From contig CAZDWQ010000002.1 of the NCBI GenBank assembly GCA_964509285.1, positions 1-58,216 of the forward strand: a stretch of 58,216 bases of DNA, read 5' to 3'. Numbering within the stretch: position 1 is the stretch's first letter; the number at the start of each line of letters is the position of its first letter. Under the pieces are notes generated by a model. That model was not told where the DNA came from, did no database searches, and saw only the letters and a program-made list of their open reading frames with translations. The position numbers and the translations under genes are program-made. Source of the stretch: an uncultured Pseudomonadales bacterium. Its GTDB lineage: Bacteria > Patescibacteriota > Microgenomatia > UBA1400 > PJMF01. Shown in pieces: positions 24,488-33,871 of this stretch.

Positions 24488-24604
24488 GCCCCGAATTAAG
24501 AGTGGGGGCGCCCACTCAGAAGCCTGAAAAATTTAAATTCAGGCGCCCCCAAACAATCCGCCCAAATCCCCAGTATTTATTAGTACAGGAAAGGAGGAAG
24601 GACC

Positions 24605-24922
24605 ATGCAAGCGCCTACCTACACTAAAGTATCAAATTACGAAGGAAGGAAGGGAGAAGTCAAAAAAGTTGTACTTCTGTATTCTGGAGGGCTTAACACT
24701 TCTGTCATGCTCAAGTGGATTCAAGAAGAATATGGTGCCCAAGTTGTCGCCCTCACCATAGATATTGGCCAGCAAGCTGATGACCTTGAAGAAATCAGAA
24801 AAAAGCACTCAAATTTGGAGCTGTCAAAACCATCGTCATCGACGCCAAAAATGAATTCGCCTACCACTATATTGCCAAGGGAATCAAGGCAAATGCCAGT
24901 TATCAAGGCAAATATCACATGA
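24605..24922 (+). CDS. argG: argininosuccinate synthase, N-terminal fragment (frame 0; authentic sequence only up to codon ~66)
   Basis: [37 protein letters not shown] is the N-type ATP pyrophosphatase P-loop region. After EIRKK the translation becomes nonsense, while the -1 frame continues as ArgG. Confidence 0.85.
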   Translation: MQAPTYTKVSNYEGRKGEVKKVVLLYSGGLNTSVMLKWIQEEYGAQVVALTIDIGQQADDLEEIRKKHSNLELSKPSSSTPKMNSPTTILPRESRQMPVIKANIT

Positions 24923-26226
24923 GCACGCCTTTAGGCAGGCCACTGCTTGCTAAACTCGCCGTCCAAGTTGCCAGAGATGAAGAGTGTGACACGATCGCTC
25001 ACGGGTGCACCTGCAAAGGCAATGATCAAGTCCGCATCGAAGGCACCGTCCTCACCCTTACCCCAGAAATGAAAATCATTACCCCCGTTCGCGAGTGGAG
25101 TATGGGCCGTGATGAAGAAATCGCTTATGCAAAAAAATATGGCATTCCGGTCAAGCAAACCGTCGACAAGCCGTATTCCTACGATGACAACATGTGGGGC
25201 GTGACCGGGGAGAGTGGAGAAATCGAAAATCCGGCCCTGATTCCTCCGCTAGATAAAATTCTCCAAGTTTGCAGTTTAGTAGAAAAAACCCCAGATAAGC
25301 CACAATACATCAAACTTAACTTTGTCAAAGGCATTCCGGTCAAACTTGATGGCAAACACCTGGGGCTTACTGAAGTTATCCATAAACTCAATGCACTTGG
25401 CGCCAAACATGGAGTAGGGGTGACGCATCATATAGAAGATCGGTTGGTCGGACTCAAAGTTCGCGGACTCTATGAAGCTCCTGCCGCCGAGATTATTATC
25501 AACGCACACTTTAATCTGGAAAAATATGTCTGTACTCGGGTTGAAAATGAGTTTAAGGCTGAAGTTGACAACAAATGGGCATATCTCTGTTATGGCGCAC
25601 TCTGGTATGAGCCACTTATGGATGACCTCAACGCATTTATCGATAAAATCAACGAGAAAGTTACCGGAACCGTTACCATCAAACTCTTTAAAGGTGTCGC
25701 CGAAGTGGTCGCAGTAGAAACTGCCAACTCAATTTTCGATGAAAAACTGGCAACCTTTATGCGAAATAACGCCTACAACCAAAATGCTTCGCCTGGATTT
25801 ATCGAAATTTACACTATGCAGATGCGTTTGGCTCAAAAGAAAGAGCGGTTTGTGCTCCTTACTATCGGCGGTGATTCAAACAAGAGAAAATTCCTCCCGG
25901 CTATTAAGGAACTAGACAAACTTGGCTACCAATTTTACGCCACTGAGAATACACACAAGTTCTATGAAAAACACGGGATACGTTCCGTCTTCATATACAA
26001 GATGTATGAAAATAAAAATCCAAATATTGAGGATGTTCTCAGGCAAGATATATTCGATTTAGTCATTCATATCCCATACAAGAGCAACCCAAAGGAGGCA
26101 AAACTCGATGAGAGCATCGTTAAAAAGTGGGCTGTACGAACAGAAGTTCCAATTATCAACGACGCCAAAATTTTGAATGAGTTAGTGAAGAAACTCAAGA
26201 AAAATATGGTGGTGGCTAGTAAGTAA
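24919..26226 (+). CDS. argG: argininosuccinate synthase, main body (frame open from 24805) with C-terminal MGS-like domain
   Basis: [38 protein letters not shown] and ...[21 protein letters not shown] are ArgG motifs. The extra ~125 aa, [46 protein letters not shown]..., resemble the CarB allosteric MGS-like domain. Confidence 0.9.
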   Translation: MSTPLGRPLLAKLAVQVARDEECDTIAHGCTCKGNDQVRIEGTVLTLTPEMKIITPVREWSMGRDEEIAYAKKYGIPVKQTVDKPYSYDDNMWGVTGESGEIENPALIPPLDKILQVCSLVEKTPDKPQYIKLNFVKGIPVKLDGKHLGLTEVIHKLNALGAKHGVGVTHHIEDRLVGLKVRGLYEAPAAEIIINAHFNLEKYVCTRVENEFKAEVDNKWAYLCYGALWYEPLMDDLNAFIDKINEKVTGTVTIKLFKGVAEVVAVETANSIFDEKLATFMRNNAYNQNASPGFIEIYTMQMRLAQKKERFVLLTIGGDSNKRKFLPAIKELDKLGYQFYATENTHKFYEKHGIRSVFIYKMYENKNPNIEDVLRQDIFDLVIHIPYKSNPKEAKLDESIVKKWAVRTEVPIINDAKILNELVKKLKKNMVVASK

Positions 26227-26322
26227 AGTTTTAGCTTGCACAGTCGTCACGAACCTTTGGTCCGGATTGACTCCTTTAGCAAGTAAAAACTTTACTATAC
26301 AAAAATCAAGAAAGAAAGGGAA

Positions 26323-27300
26323 ATGAGAATGAACCAAAACTGGGACTTACGCAAGAAAATCGTCGACAAAATTACAAAGAAAGGTGGGTGGGTAAATACG
26401 CACACCCACCTTGATCGCGCCTATACCATCACTCCAAAAATGCTTGACTTAGCCAATAAACACTTACATGAAAAATGGCTGATTGTCGATGAAATTAAGG
26501 CAAAATCAACCGTAACACAAATATATGACCGGATGTGTTTTGCGGTCGAGGAGCAAATTAAGCAGGGCGTCACTGTTCTGGGCAGTTTTATTGATGTTGA
26601 TGGAGTAGTCAAAGATAAGGCCCTCAAGGCTGCTGCCAAAATCAAGGAAAAGTATAAAAATGATATCAAGCTCATTTTTACTAACCAGGCCCTAAAAGGA
26701 GTCTTGGATCCGACTGCAAAACTGTGGTTTGATGAAGCGCTCTCTTTTGTAGATATTATTGGCGGCCTTCCCGCTAAGGATACGGGCAGAGAAGAGGAAC
26801 ATCTCAACGTTTTGTTTGAAACGGGAAAGCGTCTGGGAAAAATGCTCCACGTTCATGTCGACCAGCTCAATACTACCGCAGAAAAAGAAACAGAAACCCT
26901 CGCACACAAGACCAAAGAGTTTGGCATGGAGGGCAGAGTCGTTGCTGTTCATGGCATTTCATTGGCTTCTCACCCTAAAAAGTATAGACAGAAAATCTAT
27001 AAAAAAATGAAAACAGCTGGAGTTATGCTCATTTCTTGCCCAACTGCTTGGATAGACTCGCGGCGAAATGAAGAGTTGGCCGTAACTCATAACTCCATTG
27101 CACCAGTAGAGGAGCTGATTGCTGCTGGAGTAGTGGTTGGCGTTGGGACAGATAATATTGCCGACGTCTATAAACCATTTACCGATGGAGATATGTGGAC
27201 AGAGTTGCGGTTCATGCTCGAGAGTTGTCACTTCTATGATGTCGATGAATTAGTAAAGATCGCAACTACAAATGGCAGGAAAATCCTTGGAATTGGGTAA
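26323..27300 (+). CDS. metal-dependent amidohydrolase, cytosine-deaminase-like subfamily
   Basis: GGWVNTHTHLDRAY is an HxH metal motif. It also has ...HVHVDQ..., ...AVHG... and ...GTDNI.. 325 aa. Confidence 0.7.
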   Translation: MRMNQNWDLRKKIVDKITKKGGWVNTHTHLDRAYTITPKMLDLANKHLHEKWLIVDEIKAKSTVTQIYDRMCFAVEEQIKQGVTVLGSFIDVDGVVKDKALKAAAKIKEKYKNDIKLIFTNQALKGVLDPTAKLWFDEALSFVDIIGGLPAKDTGREEEHLNVLFETGKRLGKMLHVHVDQLNTTAEKETETLAHKTKEFGMEGRVVAVHGISLASHPKKYRQKIYKKMKTAGVMLISCPTAWIDSRRNEELAVTHNSIAPVEELIAAGVVVGVGTDNIADVYKPFTDGDMWTELRFMLESCHFYDVDELVKIATTNGRKILGIG

Positions 27301-27408
27301 ACCTTGAGAAGTTATATATTTTAGTAATCCTAAAACTACTATTAGACAAGAAAGGAAAAATGTTCTAAAATTTAATTGATAAATGGGCACTTTTATCTGG
27401 AATAAATA

Positions 27409-27437
27409 ATTAGCAGAGTTAGTTGTTGTCTGCTAAT
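27409..27437. promoter_or_regulatory. inverted repeat (A)TTAGCAGA-N11-TCTGCTAA(T)
   Basis: Perfect 9-bp arms. The same arms and the same spacer length recur at 57569-57595. Confidence 0.5.
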
Positions 27438-27630
27438 GGCTCATAATAATTATAAAAGTGTTATTATAAATACATGCTTACATATTGAATGTGTATTGCA
27501 ACATTATAAGACACTATTATATAATGTTAAGAATTTAACAATAATGTTTGTTACAGGATATAAAGTGTAGCAACCAAAGTAGAAAAAATAGATTATACAC
27601 CCAAAATATGGGCTGTAAAAGTAGGGAAAA

Positions 27631-29577
27631 ATGAGTAAACATTCAGGTAGATACGATGCAGCAAATAATGCCGCGAAAACACAAGCGGAACTTGCTCGTT
27701 TCTCAACGAGAAGACAAAGAGTAGAGAGAACTACTAAATATGGCCTTACAGCAAAAGAACAAAGAAGGTCAACAGATGAAGAAGCTCAAAATAGAAAAGA
27801 TAGAAAAAGAAGAGAAAGAGAAATCGCAAAACTACTCAAGCTGCAACAAAAACTTGCAAAAACCAAAAAAGCTGCTACACCTGCAGAAATAAGATTTGCA
27901 GAACAAAATTTTGCTACATCAGAACCTCTTACACAAACTTCTTTTTCAAGTGAGTCTGGACATATCAGATTAGACGTTGCTAGGAATTTGATGTTAATTC
28001 TCCTAGCAATTTCCCTTTTACTTACTTCTATTGGTTGTTCTAACAATGTTGGCACTGTCGACATTGCTCCTACGGCAATTGCAACACAAGTGGCCCCTGA
28101 AGCAAGCCCGGCACCCCCAGCAGTAACTCCAGTAACTGAAGAAGTACCTGCTGAAGAGCCTGCTTCTGAAGAAGAAACAAGCCCTGGAAATGAAGAAACT
28201 CCTCCAATAGAGGAAAGTCCTGTGGCGGAAGAAAGTCCAGAAGTTACAGGTACAGAAATTCCCGTCCAAGCGATAATCGATGCTGCAGCAGAACAAGGAA
28301 TAACACTTACCCCTGAGGCTATCGCTACATTCAACGTTCAAACTGAAGATGACAAAATCAGGTTACGAAAAACAACAAACACCGTTGAGGTAATAGTTAC
28401 TCCAGAAGGTGGACCTGTAAGATTTATTAGTATTCCAAACGGTACTATTATAGAAGAGGGCCAAGATACTGCTGATGTATCAGATGATGTCATTAAAGTG
28501 ACAAATGAAAATGGTTATGAAGTATTAAGCATTGAAAGAGATACTTCTGTGATGACTGAAACACCAGAGCCTGAAGCAGCTCCAACTGCAGAAGGAGAAC
28601 CGGGAACAGAAGAGCCTCCAGTTGATGAGGGGACAGCAGAACCACCAACACCTGAGGTAAGCCCTGAAAATAACGTTGAACTTGCTCAAGCTGTAGTTGG
28701 TCCTGAAACTCTAATTGATCACTTGGGTAGTCTTGAACTTCCTCTAGTCGAAGATAAAAATAATGCCAACCCCACGGCGGTAACGTACCGTGTAGCGTAT
28801 GATGCAAACGGTATAATTGTCGCAAGATTTTCTAACGAAAATGGTGGTGATCCACAGTGGATAGCTGGAGGACCATTTAGCAACAACGAACTCAATGGTG
28901 GATCTTCAAACTTCCCTTGCGCTGTTAACGGGTTCAATTACTGCGGAGTCCAACTGAGAGTATCCCAATACCTTGAATTAGGCTCATATGATAGTGGTAA
29001 TGCTATCAGACTACTAGATAGTAGTGGCAATCCATCTCCATTTTTCATGGAAGACGGGGTAATAGCATACTACTTAGATGCTAGTGGTAAACAACAAGTT
29101 GCAATTTACCCAACCTTGATTGTTAACGAAACAACTGGGCAAAGAATGAATATGGATAATTTCCATGAAACTGCTGCTCCTAATTGGCAATTCACAGACT
29201 TTCTGATTAGAAGAAGTGAATTGTACTTCTTGACCCATTTTGATGAAACATTGTTTGACAATCCAAGAAATGAAAGCACCAACTATTACTTAAATCCAAA
29301 TGCTGTACGCCCTGCACTCGGGCCACTAGATATACTCACCATGTCCTTTCCTTATCCGGGTAGAACCCCAAGCGGTAATGATGAAATAACAGGAAATTAC
29401 CAATTCCTCAGTCCATTAACTACTGGATTATATTCAGGTGATTCTTACCAAAGCTTTATGGTTTCAGGTGACTTATCACTGTTGCAGACAACAAATTTCT
29501 ATAATGGAATACCAATTTTTATTCCTAATAACGGGATTATTTGGGAAAAAGATACTGCAAGACCTGCTCTTGAATAA
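27631..29577 (+). CDS. hypothetical membrane-anchored protein with basic N-terminal tail and Pro/Glu/Thr-rich linkers
   Basis: 648 aa. A Lys/Arg-rich first ~110 aa is followed by a single TM (LMLILLAISLLLTSIG), low-complexity PE-rich segments and a globular C-terminal region. No family was recognised. Confidence 0.6.
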   Translation: MSKHSGRYDAANNAAKTQAELARFSTRRQRVERTTKYGLTAKEQRRSTDEEAQNRKDRKRREREIAKLLKLQQKLAKTKKAATPAEIRFAEQNFATSEPLTQTSFSSESGHIRLDVARNLMLILLAISLLLTSIGCSNNVGTVDIAPTAIATQVAPEASPAPPAVTPVTEEVPAEEPASEEETSPGNEETPPIEESPVAEESPEVTGTEIPVQAIIDAAAEQGITLTPEAIATFNVQTEDDKIRLRKTTNTVEVIVTPEGGPVRFISIPNGTIIEEGQDTADVSDDVIKVTNENGYEVLSIERDTSVMTETPEPEAAPTAEGEPGTEEPPVDEGTAEPPTPEVSPENNVELAQAVVGPETLIDHLGSLELPLVEDKNNANPTAVTYRVAYDANGIIVARFSNENGGDPQWIAGGPFSNNELNGGSSNFPCAVNGFNYCGVQLRVSQYLELGSYDSGNAIRLLDSSGNPSPFFMEDGVIAYYLDASGKQQVAIYPTLIVNETTGQRMNMDNFHETAAPNWQFTDFLIRRSELYFLTHFDETLFDNPRNESTNYYLNPNAVRPALGPLDILTMSFPYPGRTPSGNDEITGNYQFLSPLTTGLYSGDSYQSFMVSGDLSLLQTTNFYNGIPIFIPNNGIIWEKDTARPALE

Positions 29578-29608
29578 GGTAATTCCTTAATGCTATCATG
29601 AATAGCAT

Positions 29609-30370
29609 ATGGATAATTTGAGTCCTGGAAACGATAAAAAAAAGTTGCTACTAGTTGCTGTATTTTCTGTTGTACTTTTGTTAATATTAGCCTTAGTTTC
29701 ATTGCTCTACTTATATATAAGAGACAAAAAGGTTCCTACAACTAGCACTAATAGACAAATGGTCTCGACAAACTTTCCTATTATAAGGAATGATTTTGAT
29801 ACATACTCATTTAGTTGTACAGTTAAAGAATTCTTTCTCACAAATAAAGAAATTCAGACTAACAAAACAATCAAAGCTGGAATTTTGTGTGAATACTATG
29901 ACATTAAGCTAAATTTGCACGAAATAAGAGTGCCACTAATAGTGAGTAGCTCAGACTTTCTACTAGCTTCGAACAAAATATATAGCAATATTGACTTTTT
30001 TAAATGGACAATAGATGACCATCTCAATAATATTTCAAGGTATTATTATTATAAAAGTGAAAACAAAGTCAAATATGATAACCCTAATGATGAAGAAACC
30101 AACTACTTCACTAAACAAGTAAACAAACCCACAATTTCAAAAGGTGATACAATTCTTGTATCTTTCGCACTGAATACAAGCGCGATTTACTCTCATGAAG
30201 AGTTAGGAAACTCTGCTTCCTTTTTCAAAGAATACCATCAGAATATAGTGGGATATGATAATCTAGACAAATTCTTAAAAACAGGTGAATTCCCTGAAAT
30301 ACTATTTACTGAAGGTGAAGAATGGATTATACCTACTTTTGTTGTATTTGAAAAAGATAACGACATATGA
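29609..30370 (+). CDS. hypothetical single-pass membrane protein
   Basis: 253 aa with an N-terminal TM (LLLVAVFSVVLLLILALVSLLYLY). It overlaps the next gene by 4 nt. Confidence 0.5.
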   Translation: MDNLSPGNDKKKLLLVAVFSVVLLLILALVSLLYLYIRDKKVPTTSTNRQMVSTNFPIIRNDFDTYSFSCTVKEFFLTNKEIQTNKTIKAGILCEYYDIKLNLHEIRVPLIVSSSDFLLASNKIYSNIDFFKWTIDDHLNNISRYYYYKSENKVKYDNPNDEETNYFTKQVNKPTISKGDTILVSFALNTSAIYSHEELGNSASFFKEYHQNIVGYDNLDKFLKTGEFPEILFTEGEEWIIPTFVVFEKDNDI

Positions 30371-33300
30371 ATAGACTATTGAACATAAAAAATACTTTCG
30401 TTATTTTACTTTTAACCTATTTTTTCCTTACTCTTGCCAATAAATCAATTGTTTCCGCTGATCTTGCTTGTGACCCTTACAGTTGTTCATCAACAAATGC
30501 TTATTTCAGAGTTGATGCCTGTAGTTGGAACACAACCTCTTGTGGAGTAACAGCATCTACACCTTCTGCTCCATACAATTGCGATACTGGAGGAGGTCCT
30601 GGAACCTGCAAAGGACCAACCCCGGGGAGACTTGGTTGTATCCAAACGTCCCCAACTATACCGTCATGTGAATGTACTGACCCTGCCTACTCGAGCTCAT
30701 GTACGGGTCCTGGGCAATCTTGTGGCCCATATGGGGGCTTTTGTCAGAATTGTACATACTATGGCTCTTGCGCTGTCGAACAAACTAGTGAGCTTGGTTG
30801 TTGCTTAATTACAACAACACCTACACCAACTCCTCCAACACCTACACCAACTCCTCCACCTAATTGTCCTAATGGCTCTTGTGGGTCAGGAGAGGACAAT
30901 TGTAATTGTCCTCAAGATTGTAGTGGTACTTGCCCCACACCTCCTCCAGGAATTCCAGATTGTGACGTGACTCTCTCGCCATCAACCGTCAACTTATATA
31001 CAGATAGTGCTCCTTTTAACATAACTGCAAACGTTTCAGGTATTAGTGGTGGCAATGTCAGTCAAGTTGAATTTTCAAAATCAAATAATAATATTTCAAT
31101 GAATCCAGTTTTTGACCAAAATGGGCTACCATACCAATCTTATATCACTCCTCAAGCTCAAGGAAGCTCAACTATTACTGCAAATGTATACATGGGCGGA
31201 GGAACACCAGTCTGTTCCACCACCGCTACCGTCAACATCACCGTCAACAACACTCCAACAGATGAAGCTCCAGACTGTGACTCCTTTGAAGTACTCCCAA
31301 GCACTCCAGTTACAAAAGGGGAAATAGTCACATTCACAGCAAAAATTACAGATATAGGAGTCAACCTTGCCTACGGTGGAGGATTTGAAGAGGGTAATAT
31401 GAATTTCTGGCCAACTGCATACCAACTTAACGAATGGTGGGCTGTACCAAATGCAATTTGGCCATCGCCAGGATCTGAAGGTGCATACTATGCAAAAATT
31501 TTAGCCTTACTTTCAGCAACTGACTCTCACGCCGCAACTGACTGGATTGAAACTGGTGAAGATCTCACTAATCAAAACTATACTTTGAAACTGAAAGCAA
31601 AAAGCCACTCTTCAAGTGAAACAGTGAGCAACGTGTACTTACAAAGAGAACCATACTTAGGTAGTTGGACAGGACACATCGCGCCAGGTGGAAACCTTTC
31701 TATGACACTCAATCCATCTAGCTGGCAAAATTTCTCAGCTTCTGGAACATGGGTAAACCCAGGAAATGGTTCTACTACTTCTAGATTTCGAGTTGTTTTA
31801 AGACCAGGTTCTACTCATGGCGGAACGTGGACCCAACCAATGTATTACGATTCTATAAAAGCATATAAAACAAGTGAAGCTGGAATTCAACCGGATTCTG
31901 TCAGATTTTATTACACTCTAGTTAGAGCAGATGGAAATTACTGTGGCGCACCATGGACTGAAATTATTCCAGCGGCAACTCAATCTGGAAACAACTATAC
32001 AATAACTTGGGATACTTCTACAATAACACCAGGAAACTACATCATAGCCGTAAACGCAATTGATATTCAAGGAAATGCCTCTACTGGCAATCCTTCAGGG
32101 TCATGTAGTGCAATTATGACACCTCGTCCTGCATGTTACAGCTCTCAAACTATAAATATTTGCGCTCCTTCTTGTGGGGGGATTATGTGCGGAAACACCG
32201 GAGCAACTCCAAACCCACCAACAAATGTTCTCGTAAATGGAACATCATCAGGCAATATCGATTTAACTAATAGTGCAAGTATGAGTATTACCTGGGATCC
32301 ACCCATACCACAATCGGAAGATCCAAATTCAGACATTGAAGACTATGAAATTTGGATTTGGGATAGAAATATATATCCATATCCAAGTACCCCGACTACT
32401 TGTGACAACACAACAGCAACTGACTGTATGAAATATATTGTTAACGGTGGGAGTACAAGTTCATACACAACTAATGCTAATGCAATCCACAGCAATAACA
32501 TAACAGTCGCAATACGATCTAGAAACACTACTTGTAATCAAACAACATATAGCTCTTTCTCTGTAAATCGTACATATGACTTAGTAGCCCAAGTCAGTGG
32601 AAATATTTATGAGGCAGTAGTCAACCCAAGTGGAAATAATTGTATTATGCCAAACCCAACCCCAGCACCAATAAACATTGCTGCACCAGGAACAACCATT
32701 CAAGCAAGTACTGGTGGTACAACTGCAAGTCCAACAGATACATATTCACTCTCTAATGTGCCGTATGCTCCAACTTCTGCATGGGGAGTAGACTATGGAT
32801 TCAACGTCACCCTTACCTTAGAAAATTCTGACCCTGCCAACTCCTACTATTGTAGTTGTCCTGGCCCTGGTGGTAACCCATCATCATGTATGCATACTGA
32901 TACAAGATCACCATGGACAATAGCTAATGGAAACCCTCAAAACTTCTTCGTTACCGCCATTGATCTTTCTAACGGACCATGGTGGCAAGCAAAAGAAGGT
33001 AATGTATATGGAACCGCCGGTTATTCTAGCAACGTTCCTGATGCGGCAAACTCCTACTTAATTACTCAAAATGCAGACAATGATCCAAAATCAGCTGGCG
33101 CGCCACTCAGTGGAGGAACCATTAGTGCTGGTTCTGGCTGGTACACTGAGTACAACAGTGGAGGAGTTCCACCAATTACTCAACCAAGAGCAAACAACAC
33201 CTCACATGCTAACATTGTCAGGGAAGACTACGACTACTTTGTGAAAAATATTGACCTCACTACTATCGCTTCACTTAATCCAAGTATTACCGTACTTCCA

Positions 33301-33852
33301 AACCCTGCAACCGGCACACTCTATGAAGATGCTAGAGTCTTTAAGAGAACTGGAGATTTAACACTCAATCTCAATGCATTACAAACCGTTGCTTCAGGAA
33401 CAAAGATGATTTTCTTCGTTAGCGGAAATGTAACGATAAATAACACTGGTGCTGCTAACAGGCATCTCATTGATATTGCGGATGGTGGTTATTTAGCAAT
33501 CATTGCCGATGGCGATATTACCATTAGCGATTCAGTCGGTAACACCTGTACATATCCAACTTGTACTTCAACCAACGCAAACATTGATGGTGTATACGTT
33601 GCAAGCAACCAGTTGATCATAGAAGATGATGGAGATATAAACGCTCCTGATAACATGTTTGTTGGAGAAGGTACCTTTGTTGGATGGCAGGGCATTGACC
33701 TCAGAAGGACCTTTGACAATGAAGGAAGTATCTTTGATACAGCACTTAACAACACCTATGCAACAGAGATGTTCAACTTCAGGCCTGACTTCAATGAAAA
33801 TACGCCAGAAATCTTACAACATCCAAACTTAGTCTGGCAGGAAGTAAACTAG
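30367..33852 (+). CDS. giant secreted Cys-rich surface protein (adhesin-like), Ig/FN3-like modules
   Basis: 1161 aa. It has a signal peptide, an N-terminal Cys-rich ~170 aa, a TPTPTPPTPTPTPPP linker, repeated beta-rich modules and a C-terminal beta-helix-like region. Confidence 0.65.
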   Translation: MNRLLNIKNTFVILLLTYFFLTLANKSIVSADLACDPYSCSSTNAYFRVDACSWNTTSCGVTASTPSAPYNCDTGGGPGTCKGPTPGRLGCIQTSPTIPSCECTDPAYSSSCTGPGQSCGPYGGFCQNCTYYGSCAVEQTSELGCCLITTTPTPTPPTPTPTPPPNCPNGSCGSGEDNCNCPQDCSGTCPTPPPGIPDCDVTLSPSTVNLYTDSAPFNITANVSGISGGNVSQVEFSKSNNNISMNPVFDQNGLPYQSYITPQAQGSSTITANVYMGGGTPVCSTTATVNITVNNTPTDEAPDCDSFEVLPSTPVTKGEIVTFTAKITDIGVNLAYGGGFEEGNMNFWPTAYQLNEWWAVPNAIWPSPGSEGAYYAKILALLSATDSHAATDWIETGEDLTNQNYTLKLKAKSHSSSETVSNVYLQREPYLGSWTGHIAPGGNLSMTLNPSSWQNFSASGTWVNPGNGSTTSRFRVVLRPGSTHGGTWTQPMYYDSIKAYKTSEAGIQPDSVRFYYTLVRADGNYCGAPWTEIIPAATQSGNNYTITWDTSTITPGNYIIAVNAIDIQGNASTGNPSGSCSAIMTPRPACYSSQTINICAPSCGGIMCGNTGATPNPPTNVLVNGTSSGNIDLTNSASMSITWDPPIPQSEDPNSDIEDYEIWIWDRNIYPYPSTPTTCDNTTATDCMKYIVNGGSTSSYTTNANAIHSNNITVAIRSRNTTCNQTTYSSFSVNRTYDLVAQVSGNIYEAVVNPSGNNCIMPNPTPAPINIAAPGTTIQASTGGTTASPTDTYSLSNVPYAPTSAWGVDYGFNVTLTLENSDPANSYYCSCPGPGGNPSSCMHTDTRSPWTIANGNPQNFFVTAIDLSNGPWWQAKEGNVYGTAGYSSNVPDAANSYLITQNADNDPKSAGAPLSGGTISAGSGWYTEYNSGGVPPITQPRANNTSHANIVREDYDYFVKNIDLTTIASLNPSITVLPNPATGTLYEDARVFKRTGDLTLNLNALQTVASGTKMIFFVSGNVTINNTGAANRHLIDIADGGYLAIIADGDITISDSVGNTCTYPTCTSTNANIDGVYVASNQLIIEDDGDINAPDNMFVGEGTFVGWQGIDLRRTFDNEGSIFDTALNNTYATEMFNFRPDFNENTPEILQHPNLVWQEVN

Positions 33853-33871
33853 AGTAGAGTAGGGACATCTC

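Noticed and set aside
24370-24604. T-box or known riboswitch upstream of argG
   Set aside because: I could not find the T-box consensus (AAnnGGGTGGTACCGCG-like) or any riboswitch core I recognise. I report it only as an unclassified structured leader.
24105-24627. ORFs 24105..24323 (-) and 24346..24627 (+)
   Set aside because: Both run across terminator hairpins and T/A runs, and their translations are compositionally odd. The second also overlaps the argG RBS and start. I treat the region as a structured non-coding leader.
27786-28341. Long antisense ORFs inside real genes (for example 27786..28334, 28018..28341, 52372..52992, 16396..16740, 26421..26807)
   Set aside because: They lie opposite strongly supported coding regions with recognisable motifs or repeats. 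They reflect low stop-codon frequency on the antisense strand.
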